Assembly (NCBI GenBank): GCA_963699755.1
Contig: CAVOVB010000002.1
Location: 576,001-640,000 of the forward strand
Reading direction: 5' to 3'
Length of the DNA: 64,000 bases
From: an uncultured delta proteobacterium
GTDB lineage: Bacteria; Myxococcota_A; Polyangia; Polyangiales; Houyiibacteriaceae
A program made the translations under genes and the position numbers. Below the pieces are notes generated by a model. It had not been told where the DNA came from. It saw only the letters and a list, made by a program, of their open reading frames with translations, and made no database searches. Within the stretch, counting starts at the first letter, position 1, and every line of letters starts with the position of its first letter. This document shows positions 28,379 through 38,458 of this stretch, piece after piece.

Positions 28379-29470
28379 ATGCTACCGTCTCCCAACAAGA
28401 TGAACGAGCTCGAACGAATGGCTGGAAATGTGATCGTATGTGGATTTCCGGGCACCGAAGCACCGCCGACGGTTCTGCGCTGGTTATCGGAGGAGGCCAT
28501 AGCGGGTTTGATCCTGTTCAAGCGCAACATCGACGACCTGAATCAGGCTGCCACGATGATCGCGTCATGCATCGAAGGAACCGACCCTGCGAAACCGGTC
28601 TTGGTCTGTGTCGATCAGGAAGGCGGCCGCGTGGCGCGTTTCGGAGAGCCTGTGCTTCGGCTTCCGCCTATGCGGACGCTGGCGGCGGTGGGTGATGTCG
28701 ACCTCACTCGTGACGCGGCAACCGTTCTCGGACGCCAGTTGCGCTCCATCGGCATCAATCTGGACTTTGCGCCGGTGCTCGATGTCGACACCAACCCGGA
28801 CAACCCCGTCATCGGTGATCGTTCGTTCGGCAGCACGCCTGATACTGTGATCGAGCACGCGCTCGCTTTCGCCGAGGGACTTCACGACGGAGGGGTGTTG
28901 TCCTGCGGCAAACACTTCCCCGGCCACGGCGACACCGACCTCGACAGCCACCTCGCCCTTCCGATGCTCCGCCACGGCCGAGCCCGGCTCGAAGAGGTGG
29001 AGCTCCTTCCCTTTCGCGCGGCAGCTCGGTGGATACCTTCCCTGATGACAGCCCATGTCGTATTCGAAGCAGTCGACCCGGGCGTTCCCGCCACGATGTC
29101 CGGGGCTGTGATCAGCAAGCTCCTGCGCGAGGATATTGGTTTCGAAGGGGCGGTGTTCTCCGACGATCTCGAGATGAAGGCAATTACAGAACTACATTCG
29201 ATCGAGGAAGCGGGCGTACTTGCGATCGAAGCCGGCTGCGATCTTCTGCTGGTCTGTTCGGATCTCGAAGCCGCAGCTCGGCTCCGCGAGACGCTTGCCA
29301 CCAAAGCCGGCCGCGACGAATCGTTTCGAGTCCGTCTGACGGGGGCCCGAGCGCGCGCCGACGCGCTTCGCCGACGCATCGATGAGTTGCCCCCTGCCGT
29401 CCCAGTCGAAAACGCGCTAGACAACGCCCAGGCGCGATCCGTCGTGCAACGCCTACGGCAACTAGAATGA
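28379..29470 (+). CDS. nagZ: Beta-N-acetylhexosaminidase (GH3); alternative start at 28400
   Basis: ILFKRN, DQEGGRV, FAPVLD, KHFPGHGDTDLDSH, MTAHV, SDDLEM. Confidence 0.93.
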   Translation: MLPSPNKMNELERMAGNVIVCGFPGTEAPPTVLRWLSEEAIAGLILFKRNIDDLNQAATMIASCIEGTDPAKPVLVCVDQEGGRVARFGEPVLRLPPMRTLAAVGDVDLTRDAATVLGRQLRSIGINLDFAPVLDVDTNPDNPVIGDRSFGSTPDTVIEHALAFAEGLHDGGVLSCGKHFPGHGDTDLDSHLALPMLRHGRARLEEVELLPFRAAARWIPSLMTAHVVFEAVDPGVPATMSGAVISKLLREDIGFEGAVFSDDLEMKAITELHSIEEAGVLAIEAGCDLLLVCSDLEAAARLRETLATKAGRDESFRVRLTGARARADALRRRIDELPPAVPVENALDNAQARSVVQRLRQLE

Positions 29471-30459
29471 CTGCAGCCGATCCACTTCCAGAGGCTCCAA
29501 CCTCGTGCCTGCTCCGCAACCACTGGCAAGTCGGCGTCTATCGCACGCCGTTTGCGGAGGCTCAGCTGAACAGCCACGGCTGGAGGCGCTTGCGTCTCAA
29601 GGAGTGGCACTACCTCTCCTTCACGACGGATGAGTGGTTCGTCGCGCTCGGCCTGGTGCAGCTGGGCTACGTTGGAAACCTCTTCTCCTATGTCGTGGAT
29701 CGGGCTCAACGTCGGCCCGCCGTCGCCTACGGTTCTCTATCGCCATTGGGCAGGGCCCTGAGCGTCGCATCGAGCTCCATCGAGGGGACGACGGTCTGGA
29801 AGAGCCGGGCCGCCACCGTGTCGATCGCGTCCAACGACGGTTGGGACCTAGAGCTCGACATGCCGCTAGGTGCGGAGCGCCTGCGCGGACGGGCACGAAT
29901 CGAGGCGCGCGATTCTCTGGCCCTCTTGCACCGACTCGGCCCAGGGCGCGTTGCGTACACTCACAAGGCTGCGGGCTGGCCCGCCTCCGGGCAACTCGAG
30001 CTCGGCTCTCGCGGCATTCGGCTCGAAGGTGGGCTCGCGGCAAGCGATTGGACGCGTTCGCAAGCCAACCGGCTTACCGAGTGGAAATGGGCATCCATGA
30101 GTGGCTTCCTGCGCGATGGCACGGCTATCGGCCTCAATCTATCCGCCGATGTCTACGACGACGAAAAGGGTCACTCTCTCGAGAACGCACTTTGGATCGA
30201 CGGCGAGGTGCAGCGCCTGTCCGGTGTGCGTTTCGACGTGCCAAGGGATGCCAAGACTCAGCGCTGGGTGATCCGGAGTCTCGATAGCAACGAAGTCGAC
30301 ATCGCGTTCGATCCACTGGGCGCTCGGGAAGAACACATGAATTTTGGCCTGGTGCGAACCGATTTCGTACAACCCTATGGCCGATTCGCGGGCCGTGTTC
30401 GCGGATACGACATCACCGGTTGCTTCGGTGTCGTCGAAACGCACGTGTCGGTTTGGTGA
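29467..30459 (+). CDS. DUF2804-family protein
   Basis: RLKEWHY, YTHK, DW...WKWA, ENALWIDG, QPYGRFAG, GVVETHVSVW. Confidence 0.8.
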   Translation: MTAADPLPEAPTSCLLRNHWQVGVYRTPFAEAQLNSHGWRRLRLKEWHYLSFTTDEWFVALGLVQLGYVGNLFSYVVDRAQRRPAVAYGSLSPLGRALSVASSSIEGTTVWKSRAATVSIASNDGWDLELDMPLGAERLRGRARIEARDSLALLHRLGPGRVAYTHKAAGWPASGQLELGSRGIRLEGGLAASDWTRSQANRLTEWKWASMSGFLRDGTAIGLNLSADVYDDEKGHSLENALWIDGEVQRLSGVRFDVPRDAKTQRWVIRSLDSNEVDIAFDPLGAREEHMNFGLVRTDFVQPYGRFAGRVRGYDITGCFGVVETHVSVW

Positions 30460-30471
30460 GCTGAGGGCGGG

Positions 30472-32142
30472 TTGGAGATTTTTGGCGACACGAGCGGGCT
30501 GCGTCCTTCCGACACCCGAGCGCTGCAACGAATCTACCGGCGCAAGGTGCCGCTCGATCGACTGACGACGCCAGACCTCACCCGCGCGCTCGTGGGTGTT
30601 TCACACGCGACCGGACGACAAGTCGGGGTTCTAGTCGACCGACGCGGCACGGTGCACCACGTCATCGTGGGCGACGCATCCAAGCTCATGCTGCCCGACG
30701 TGGGTCGTATGCGTGCCGGTGCCGGCCGGCTTCGAGGCCTGCGGCTGATTCACACTCACTTGCGGAACGAGCCTCTGAGTCGGGACGACCTGGTCGACCT
30801 GACGCGTCTTCACTTGGACATGGTGGTCGCGATCTGTCTGGCGCCAGGCGAAGAGCGGGCGCTCTGCGTGTACTATGGGCACAATTTCCCCGGTGTCGAC
30901 GACAGCAACGAACCACCGTTTCGCACCTTCGGTCCCATTCCGTACGCCAAGGCGCAGGAAAATCCAGCCGAAATCATCGCAACTCTCGAACAAGAGTTCG
31001 CCCGGGCGGCACGAGCGCGTGGAGTCACAGCCAAAGATGGTCGCGCCATCTTGATTCACGTTTGCGACAAGCGAAGCGCTGGCAAGGCAGAGGACTCGCT
31101 TCGAGAGCTCGAAGAGCTCGCTCGCACGGCAGGCGTCGAGGTCGCCGATCGCGTGCTGCAGGTCCGCGAACAGGTGGACCCTCGCTTTGCGCTTGGTCGT
31201 GGGAAGCTCGAAGACGTCGTCATCCGCGCAATGCAGCTCGATGCCGAGACACTGATTTTCGATCGCGATCTTCGGCCTGCGCAGGCGAACAACATCGCAC
31301 GAATGACTGACCTCAAAGTAGTCGATCGCACGCAGCTCATCCTCGACATCTTTGCCCAGCACGCGGAGAGCAGCGACGGTAAGCTGCAGGTCGAGCTGGC
31401 ACAGATGAAGTACCTCCTGCCGCGCCTCGGCGAACGTGACGACGCTCTTTCACGCCTCACCGGTGGAATTGGAGGTCGCGGACCGGGCGAGACCAAGCTC
31501 GAAGTTGGACGACGCCGAGCCAGGGAACGCATCGCGCGCCTCCAATCGCAGCTCAAGCAACTCGGGCGGCAGCGCGAGCAGCGGCGCGCGCGCCGAAAGC
31601 GGAGCGGAATGCCCACCGTGGCGATCGTCGGCTACACGAACGCCGGCAAGAGCACGCTTATCAATGCGCTGACCGGGAGCGACGTGATCGCGGAGGACAA
31701 GCTCTTCGCAACGCTCGATACGCGCTCTCGAACGACCAGGCTGCCGTCTGGGCGCGAGGTGATCATCACCGACACGGTCGGCTTCATACGCGATTTGCCA
31801 AAGGATTTGTTCGCCGCGTTCCGTGCGACCTTCGACGAGACGCAGGACGCGGACCTCTTGCTACACGTGATCGACGCCTCGGACCCATGCCGGAGCGAGC
31901 ACGTCGAAACGACCGAGAAGTTGCTAGTCGACCTCGGTCTCGAGCGTGTCCCGCGGATCCTGGTCTTCAACAAGTGCGACAAGCTGGATACCCCTCACGC
32001 AACGCTCGGTGACCGAGGCGTTCCGATAAGCGCGTTAGACCCGAGCTCCCTCGGCGTGCTGAAGGAAGCGATAGAGCGGCGCATCGAGGTCTCGCACCCG
32101 ATGCTCCAAGCCGACGAGCCTACTTCTTCACGACCGGCTTGA
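30472..32142 (+). CDS. hflX: GTPase HflX with extended N-terminus
   Basis: [53 protein letters not shown]. Confidence 0.95.
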   Translation: MEIFGDTSGLRPSDTRALQRIYRRKVPLDRLTTPDLTRALVGVSHATGRQVGVLVDRRGTVHHVIVGDASKLMLPDVGRMRAGAGRLRGLRLIHTHLRNEPLSRDDLVDLTRLHLDMVVAICLAPGEERALCVYYGHNFPGVDDSNEPPFRTFGPIPYAKAQENPAEIIATLEQEFARAARARGVTAKDGRAILIHVCDKRSAGKAEDSLRELEELARTAGVEVADRVLQVREQVDPRFALGRGKLEDVVIRAMQLDAETLIFDRDLRPAQANNIARMTDLKVVDRTQLILDIFAQHAESSDGKLQVELAQMKYLLPRLGERDDALSRLTGGIGGRGPGETKLEVGRRRARERIARLQSQLKQLGRQREQRRARRKRSGMPTVAIVGYTNAGKSTLINALTGSDVIAEDKLFATLDTRSRTTRLPSGREVIITDTVGFIRDLPKDLFAAFRATFDETQDADLLLHVIDASDPCRSEHVETTEKLLVDLGLERVPRILVFNKCDKLDTPHATLGDRGVPISALDPSSLGVLKEAIERRIEVSHPMLQADEPTSSRPA

Positions 32143-33007
32143 TGCCGACCTTGCCGTCCTTGACGACGACCTCGAAATCGATGCGCCTGCCCTTGTGTTT
32201 GCGGTCGAGCACGGGAACCATCTTCTTCAAGCTCTTCGCCACCGTTTCGTAGTCGATTTTGTCGGTGCGCTCGTTGTTACCCCGCTTGGCCTCTACGTAG
32301 CTCTCGAAAATTTGCCGCATCCGCGCTTCGCCAGGCCCCTTGCTGCGTGCGGCGATCGGCGGTGGCGTGCGCCGATGCGCAGGAACCACGTTGTTTGGTG
32401 CCTCTTTCCGAGGACTCGGCTTGTTCGATCTCGGTTTCGAGAATCGCGCCGTCGGTAATTGCTGCGTGTCTGCGTCCGGCGGTTGCAGGTCTTGGGCGCG
32501 AATGTTCTGCAGCGTGGTGGAGGTATCTTCAGGGCCGTGCGCCATGGCCGTTGCGGAAGCCTGAGGCGCTTGCCTGAGCTCGTCCATTCGATCGCTCGCC
32601 TCGGCGATCAGCTGGTCCATGCTGACATCGTCATGGGGATCGAGCTCGAGAGGACCGGTGCTCCGACGCTGTCTCTGTTGCTCCCTCTGCGAACGCGCGG
32701 CCTCGCGTCGGCGCCTCGCTCGGAGCAAGTCGCGGCGATAGGTGCCTTCTTCGATCTGACGTCCAATGCGGCGCCAGTAAGTCTGGAGAGTGGTGTAACG
32801 TTGGATCAGAGTTTGGAAGCGAAATCGAAGCGCAGTGTTTCTAGGTTGCTCCTTGCGCAAAAGATGAAGCGTTCGATCGAATTGCTTCCGCGGGATCTGC
32901 GGCTCGATTCGCTCGATACCTTGAAACCACTGCTCATAGAGGTGCTTGACGCGCGAGAGCTGAATCTCGGCATCAGACAACATGATTTCGAATTCTTTCG
33001 GTGTCAT
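32120..33007 (-). CDS. Myxobacterial protein resembling the MXAN_5187 C-terminal domain
   Basis: LYEQWFQGIERIEP...NTALRFRF...YW...IEEG N-terminal domain; C-terminus YVEAKR...[16 protein letters not shown]. Confidence 0.65.
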   Translation of the reverse strand: MTPKEFEIMLSDAEIQLSRVKHLYEQWFQGIERIEPQIPRKQFDRTLHLLRKEQPRNTALRFRFQTLIQRYTTLQTYWRRIGRQIEEGTYRRDLLRARRRREAARSQREQQRQRRSTGPLELDPHDDVSMDQLIAEASDRMDELRQAPQASATAMAHGPEDTSTTLQNIRAQDLQPPDADTQQLPTARFSKPRSNKPSPRKEAPNNVVPAHRRTPPPIAARSKGPGEARMRQIFESYVEAKRGNNERTDKIDYETVAKSLKKMVPVLDRKHKGRRIDFEVVVKDGKVGIKPVVKK

Positions 33008-33017
33008 GAGCTCACCG

Positions 33018-33668
33018 TCAAAGCGGTGTGACCTCCAAATTGTCGAATGAGAGGTTCGATTGCCAGTTATTGAAGCCAAAATGATCGTGACCCCGGCCCT
33101 GTAGCGGCTCGGAATCCTCCATGCTCACTAGGACTTCGTCATCCACCCAGGCTGTCAGAGTGCCGTCTGTCCGCTCGATTCGAAACCGGTAAACCCTACC
33201 CGGCTCGACTTCTCTGGGCTGGCCCACGACCCGATCATCGCCGTGCTCGTCCATCCGAGCAAGGACGTTTCGTGAGTTGTCCCAGCCCCCGAAAATGATG
33301 ACGTAGCTCGTTGCCGTATACTTGCCGTTCTTCGCGTACGACGCTCCGTCGCCGAAAATCTCGACTTTGATGTCTCCTTCGGGACTCTCGCTGCGCACGT
33401 CGAATTCGACCCGGACCTCCCGCGGAAGCGTCCGCAGAAGCCAAAGCGGATGGTTCTTCGCCCCCTGGACACGAAGCTCGCCCGATTCGATTCGCCAGTT
33501 TCCCCCGGTGTCCTTGTATGCGCTCCCGAGCCGAGCGCGTTCGAAGTCGTCCGAAAAGCCAGTCCCTATTCCAGGGTCGCCCTGCGGGGTACATCCAGCC
33601 AAGGAGCACAGCAGTAGCAAAGCGCGGACCGGCGATGGCAACCGACTATTCTGGGTCGGTACACCCAT
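33018..33668 (-). CDS. Lipoprotein with a ConA/LamG-like beta-sandwich domain (start uncertain; alternative 33641)
   Basis: Lipobox LAGC, FSDDFER...WRIESGEL...FDNLEV. Confidence 0.6.
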   Translation of the reverse strand: MGVPTQNSRLPSPVRALLLLCSLAGCTPQGDPGIGTGFSDDFERARLGSAYKDTGGNWRIESGELRVQGAKNHPLWLLRTLPREVRVEFDVRSESPEGDIKVEIFGDGASYAKNGKYTATSYVIIFGGWDNSRNVLARMDEHGDDRVVGQPREVEPGRVYRFRIERTDGTLTAWVDDEVLVSMEDSEPLQGRGHDHFGFNNWQSNLSFDNLEVTPL

Positions 33669-34752
33669 CTTCATCCAAATCCTGCCCTTCGATCGCCTCT
33701 TCATTTGGGCACTGGTCATCAGCGTCGGGGATGAAGTCGTTGTCGTTGTCCGGATCCATGCAGCCGTCCTCGTCCTCGAACCCGTCGATGTCTTCGGGGA
33801 GACGCGGGCACTCGTCCCGCGAGTCCGGGATGCCGTCTCCGTCCAAATCATCGGTCTGCGGAGACCAAGACACGCCAACGATTGCGCGAAAGCGGGGCTG
33901 TCCAAGCCCTCGAACGAATCCCATGCCGAGCGCGGCGGTCATCGTCACGTGGTTCTTCGTCCAGCGGACGCCGATGTCGCCTTCGAGGGTATTGGTGCTC
34001 TTGCCGCGAAACGAACTCGTGCCGCGGAGCTCGATGAGCCCGAACAGATCTTTGGCAGGCGGAATTGGCGGCTTCAACGAGACGCCGTACTGAAGCTCCT
34101 GCCCAAGCGTGTCGACACCGAAATTCCGAGGATTCACGCGATAGCGCCAACCCAGCATCATACCGGCGCCCGCGCCAAGAAGATGAAAGTCCGCGAGCAG
34201 CTGAGCGTCAAACGAGAACTGCCCTTCGCTCGCATAGAAGCTCGAGCTGCCGATCGGCACCGGGAGCGTCAGCAAAAGACCCATGCCAGGTCCGTCTGGG
34301 CGGTTCTGCGTTTCCTCGGTCTTCTCTCCGAAGAACCGAATCTTGGTCGTGAAACGCGGATCCTCGACGGCAAATCCCGTAAACGATCTCGGAATGTCGC
34401 CCGGCTCGACGGTCGTCTCCCCGGTTTGATAGAGAACGAGCGGAACTTCCAACGCGAGTGACCAGCGCCCGAAAAGGCCGACCTCGAAGAACAGGTCCCC
34501 GGTCATTCGATCGTCGATCAGCTGATCGCGAGTTCCATTCGCGTATTGAATGCGCAATGGACGATTCGAATACCAGGTCACGAGGCCGAGGTTGTAGCGA
34601 GTATGACCCAGCGTCCCGCTGCCGTTGAAACCGAGGAAGCCAAATCGGTCGAGTGCAGGACGAAATCGCTCGACGTTGATCTCTTGTGCGGACACCGAAA
34701 CCGACGCTGCCAGCGCCGCGACTAGACCAAGTGCCGCCGCCAAACGAGTCAT
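33646..34752 (-). CDS. Outer-membrane beta-barrel-like protein with TSP3 Ca-binding repeats and no OmpA domain
   Basis: Signal peptide, alternating beta strands, then DDLDGDGIPD..DECP..EDIDGFEDEDGC.DPDNDND..DQCP..DEDGC followed by a stop. Confidence 0.75.
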   Translation of the reverse strand: MTRLAAALGLVAALAASVSVSAQEINVERFRPALDRFGFLGFNGSGTLGHTRYNLGLVTWYSNRPLRIQYANGTRDQLIDDRMTGDLFFEVGLFGRWSLALEVPLVLYQTGETTVEPGDIPRSFTGFAVEDPRFTTKIRFFGEKTEETQNRPDGPGMGLLLTLPVPIGSSSFYASEGQFSFDAQLLADFHLLGAGAGMMLGWRYRVNPRNFGVDTLGQELQYGVSLKPPIPPAKDLFGLIELRGTSSFRGKSTNTLEGDIGVRWTKNHVTMTAALGMGFVRGLGQPRFRAIVGVSWSPQTDDLDGDGIPDSRDECPRLPEDIDGFEDEDGCMDPDNDNDFIPDADDQCPNEEAIEGQDLDEDGCTDPE

Positions 34753-35546
34753 CTGGCCTCGCTCGTGCCCAAGAGGTGCGTCGTACGAACGTTCTTCAGC
34801 GCAGCGAGCATGCTTTGGCGAACCTTGGGTGCGCGCCTTTCGAGGTCATCGAGAAGCTCCTTGACCTGTTGGCGCCAAAGGTTTTCCTGCGATCCGCAGA
34901 GGTTGCATGCAATGATCGGGAAATCCAAACCCCGCGCGTATGCCGCGATGTCTTGCTCGGACGAATAGAGCAATGGGCGAATCACGGTATTGCGCCCGTC
35001 GTCGCTGAGAAGCTTCGCGGGCATCGCGCTCAGTGATCCGTTGAACATCATGTTCAGTAGGAGCGTTTCGATGGCGTCGTCACGGTGGTGTCCGAGCGCG
35101 ATCTTGGTGCAACCCAGGCTCTCGGCAACGTTGTAGAGGATGCCTCGGCGCAGTCGCGAGCACAGGCTGCAGTAAGTCTGGCCCTCCGGAATACGCTCAG
35201 TTACCAGATGGTAGGTGTCTTTGCGAACAATTTGGTGCTCGTAGCCACGCTCGCACAGCCAGGCCTCGAGTGCGGTCCCGTCGTACCCGGGTTGGCCCTG
35301 ATCGAGGTGCACCGCGATGAGCGCGAACGGCACCGGCGCTCTTTGACGCGCTCGCTCCAAGAGATGCAGCAAGGTGTAGCTGTCCTTGCCACCGCTGATG
35401 GCAACCATGACTCGATCTCCAGGCTGGATGAGCTCGTAGTCCGCGATGCACCGCCCCATTTCACGAGCAAGTCGTTTCTCCAAGCTGGCCTGATCCACGC
35501 GGGATGGGTACCCGGGGAGAGAGGCGGCTGCAAGCCTCTCGATCAC
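34749..35546 (-). CDS. ttcA: tRNA 2-thiocytidine(32) synthetase
   Basis: SGGKDS, CSLCSRLRRG, GHHRDD, IRPL, CNLCGSQENL. Confidence 0.95.
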   Translation of the reverse strand: MIERLAAASLPGYPSRVDQASLEKRLAREMGRCIADYELIQPGDRVMVAISGGKDSYTLLHLLERARQRAPVPFALIAVHLDQGQPGYDGTALEAWLCERGYEHQIVRKDTYHLVTERIPEGQTYCSLCSRLRRGILYNVAESLGCTKIALGHHRDDAIETLLLNMMFNGSLSAMPAKLLSDDGRNTVIRPLLYSSEQDIAAYARGLDFPIIACNLCGSQENLWRQQVKELLDDLERRAPKVRQSMLAALKNVRTTHLLGTSEAR

Positions 35547-36814
35547 GTCGCTCTTCGGAGGGCGACGGCGCGCGCGTGCGCCTCCAAACCCTCGAGCCGA
35601 GCGAGCCCCTCGAGGAGATCGGCCTGGCTGGTGATGGCTGCCTGCGAATACCGAATCAGTGACGACCGGACGACGAAATCGTAGACGCCCAGCGGGGAGG
35701 CAAAACGGACTGCGCCACCGGTTGGAAGCACGTGGCTCGGACCCGCTGCGTAGTCCCCCGCAGCTTCGGGGGTGTGATAGCCGAGAAAGATTGCACCGGC
35801 CGGGCCAATCGTTTCGAGCAACGCTTCTGGATCCGCAACGGAGAGGCTCAAGTGCTCGACCGCAAGCTTGCTTGCCGCCCGGCTCGCCTCCGCGAGGTCG
35901 TTGACGACGAAGCAGTAGCCGTTGCTGCGTACAGACTCGAGTGCAATCGCGCGCCGAGGAAGCGATGCGAGTTGTCTTTCTAGGGCAGCGTCTACTGCGT
36001 CCGCCTGAGCGCGCGAAAGCACGATGGCGAGCGGATAGGCCGCTTCGTCGTGCTCCGCCTGCGACAACAGGTCGGCTGCGACTATTTCCGGATCCGCGCC
36101 GTCATCCGCGACAACGAGAATCTCGCTTGGACCGGCGATCGAGTCGATGTCGACAACGCCGAAGACCAGCCGCTTCGCGCAGGCGACGTAGATGTTGCCC
36201 GGGCCGACGACCTTGTCCACGCGCGCAATCGACTCGGTGCCGTATGCGACGGCGGCAATGGCTTGGGCACCGCCTGCGTCGACAACCTCGGTAACGCCGG
36301 AGACTTCGGCGGCAGCCAAGACCTCCGGGGTGGGGTTTGGCGTGATCAAGACGATCCGCTCGACCCCAGCAACCGTAGCGGGAATAGCGGTCATCAGGAC
36401 GGTCGACGGATAGCGGGCTTTGCCGCCCGGTGCGTACACCGCCGCAGCGGCGACCGGCTTGACGCGTTGACCGAGCCCAACGCCGCCTTCTTCGTAGCGA
36501 AACCCCGTCTCCCGCTGATGCTCGTGGTAACGCCGAATTCGGTCGCCGGCTGCCGCCAACGCCCCGCGAATGGCGGGATCGACTGTGCGGGCTTCCTTCA
36601 ACCATGCATCGCGGCTCAAAATCAGTGATCGAGGACGCCGACGATCAAAGCGTTCGGTATAGTCCAGGACGGCCTCGTCTCCCCGCTCTCGCACCGCATC
36701 GAGGATCTCGCGTACGTCAGGCTCGACGCGGGCAAGATCTTCGTCGCCGCGCCGGCTCAAAGACGCAAGTGTGTCTTCGTAACCGGTTTGGCCCTGTTCG
36801 TAGATCGTCAGCAT
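35543..36814 (-). CDS. hisD: Histidinol dehydrogenase
   Basis: YAPGG, GGAQAIAA, GPGNIYV, IAGPSE, SQAEHD, GDYAAGPSHVLPT, EGLEAH. Confidence 0.96.
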   Translation of the reverse strand: MLTIYEQGQTGYEDTLASLSRRGDEDLARVEPDVREILDAVRERGDEAVLDYTERFDRRRPRSLILSRDAWLKEARTVDPAIRGALAAAGDRIRRYHEHQRETGFRYEEGGVGLGQRVKPVAAAAVYAPGGKARYPSTVLMTAIPATVAGVERIVLITPNPTPEVLAAAEVSGVTEVVDAGGAQAIAAVAYGTESIARVDKVVGPGNIYVACAKRLVFGVVDIDSIAGPSEILVVADDGADPEIVAADLLSQAEHDEAAYPLAIVLSRAQADAVDAALERQLASLPRRAIALESVRSNGYCFVVNDLAEASRAASKLAVEHLSLSVADPEALLETIGPAGAIFLGYHTPEAAGDYAAGPSHVLPTGGAVRFASPLGVYDFVVRSSLIRYSQAAITSQADLLEGLARLEGLEAHARAVALRRAT

Positions 36815-36897
36815 TTGCTGTTTCTAGCCGTCCAAGCAGTGGGGTCAACCGCGCAACCTTGCCCTCTGGGGCTGAAAGTGGTCAGACTTCGCCGATC

Positions 36898-38397
36898 ATG
36901 AACGTACGCCTTTACAACACCCTGACGGGCCAAAAGGAGCCCTTCGAGCCGGCCGACCCTGACCACGCCCGCGTCTATGTCTGCGGCCCAACGGTCTACG
37001 ACTACGCTCATCTAGGCCACGCTCGTTGCTACCTCGTTTACGACGTGCTGGTTCGCCACCTGCGAAGCAATGGCATGAAGGTAACCTACGTCCGGAACAT
37101 CACCGACGTGGACGACAAGATCCTCAAGCGTGCCGCGGAGACTGGCAGCGAACCGACGGCGCTCGCAACGCGTTTTGCCGATGCCTATTCGGAAGACATG
37201 CATCGGCTCGGGAACCTCGACCCGGACGTGGAGCCACGCGTCAGCACGCATCTCGAAGACATCTTGGCCCTAGTGCAAAGGCTGATCGATGGTGGTCATG
37301 CGTACCTGGCGGACGGCGATGTCTATTTCTCGGTCGAGTCCTTTCCCAGGTACGGCAAGCTGAGCCACCGCGACTTGACGAAGATGAAAGTCGGCGCGAG
37401 CGACCGGCTCGACGACGCGCAGACTGCACGCAAGCACCACCCCGCAGACTTCGCGCTCTGGAAGAAGAGCGATGGCGATGCCTGGGGTTGGGAGAGCCCC
37501 TGGGGGCGCGGTCGCCCAGGCTGGCACATCGAGTGCTCCGCCATGTCGATGAAGCATCTCGGCGATACCCTCGATCTTCACGGAGGCGGACTGGACCTGG
37601 TCTTTCCGCATCACGAAAACGAGATCGCCCAAAGTGAGGCTGCGACGGGCAAACCCTTCGCGCGGTGCTGGATGCACAACGGATTCGTCGAAGTCGACAA
37701 GGAGAAGATGAGCAAGAGTCTCGGCAACTTCTTCACAGCACGAGATCTTTTCGACCGAGTCGAGCCCGAAGCGATCCGCTACTTCATGATGACGGTGCAC
37801 TACCGGGCACCGCTGAATCTCGACTGGACCCTCGACGAGGCCGGCAACGTGACCGGCTTCCCGCAATTCGAGGAAGCGGAACGGCGCGTCGCGTATCTGT
37901 ACAAAACAAAGCAGCGCCTCGAAGGGCTTCCGCCGAAGCGCATCGCCGACAGCGATGCCCCCTGTCCGGCTGAGATCGCGGGCTTCGGTCGAGCCCTGCG
38001 GGAGTCCTTGGACGACGACCTCAACATGCCGGTCGCGCTGGCGAAACTCGCCGATTTCCTCAAAGGAGTGAACGAGCTCTGCGATCAGGCGATGCGGAAG
38101 AAGGGAACGGCTCCCAAGAGCTCGGTAGAGCAGGCAAAGGCGGGGTTCGGCGCCTTGGAGGCAGAGCTCGGTCTCGGCACCGAGGCCGCCGACGCCATCC
38201 TTGCGCGAATCCGTGATCGAAGGGCGATGGCCACTGGCTTGGAGACCGCGAGCGTCGAGCAGCGAATCGCGGAGCGCAACGAGGCAAGAAAATCCAAAGA
38301 CTTCGCCAAAGCGGATCGGATTCGCGATGAGCTCGAGGCGCTTGGAGTGGAGCTACTAGACGGCCCCGAGGGGACCGGCTGGACCATGGCGGACTGA
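36898..38397 (+). CDS. cysS: Cysteine-tRNA ligase
   Basis: YVCGPTVY, HLGH, DFALWK, GRPGWHIECS, FPHHENE, KMSKS. Confidence 0.97.
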   Translation: MNVRLYNTLTGQKEPFEPADPDHARVYVCGPTVYDYAHLGHARCYLVYDVLVRHLRSNGMKVTYVRNITDVDDKILKRAAETGSEPTALATRFADAYSEDMHRLGNLDPDVEPRVSTHLEDILALVQRLIDGGHAYLADGDVYFSVESFPRYGKLSHRDLTKMKVGASDRLDDAQTARKHHPADFALWKKSDGDAWGWESPWGRGRPGWHIECSAMSMKHLGDTLDLHGGGLDLVFPHHENEIAQSEAATGKPFARCWMHNGFVEVDKEKMSKSLGNFFTARDLFDRVEPEAIRYFMMTVHYRAPLNLDWTLDEAGNVTGFPQFEEAERRVAYLYKTKQRLEGLPPKRIADSDAPCPAEIAGFGRALRESLDDDLNMPVALAKLADFLKGVNELCDQAMRKKGTAPKSSVEQAKAGFGALEAELGLGTEAADAILARIRDRRAMATGLETASVEQRIAERNEARKSKDFAKADRIRDELEALGVELLDGPEGTGWTMAD

Positions 38398-38458
38398 TGA
38401 GAGTATCAGGTGAGATGCGCCGATCTCCGGATTTCCAGGGGATCGCGCCAGCACCGAT

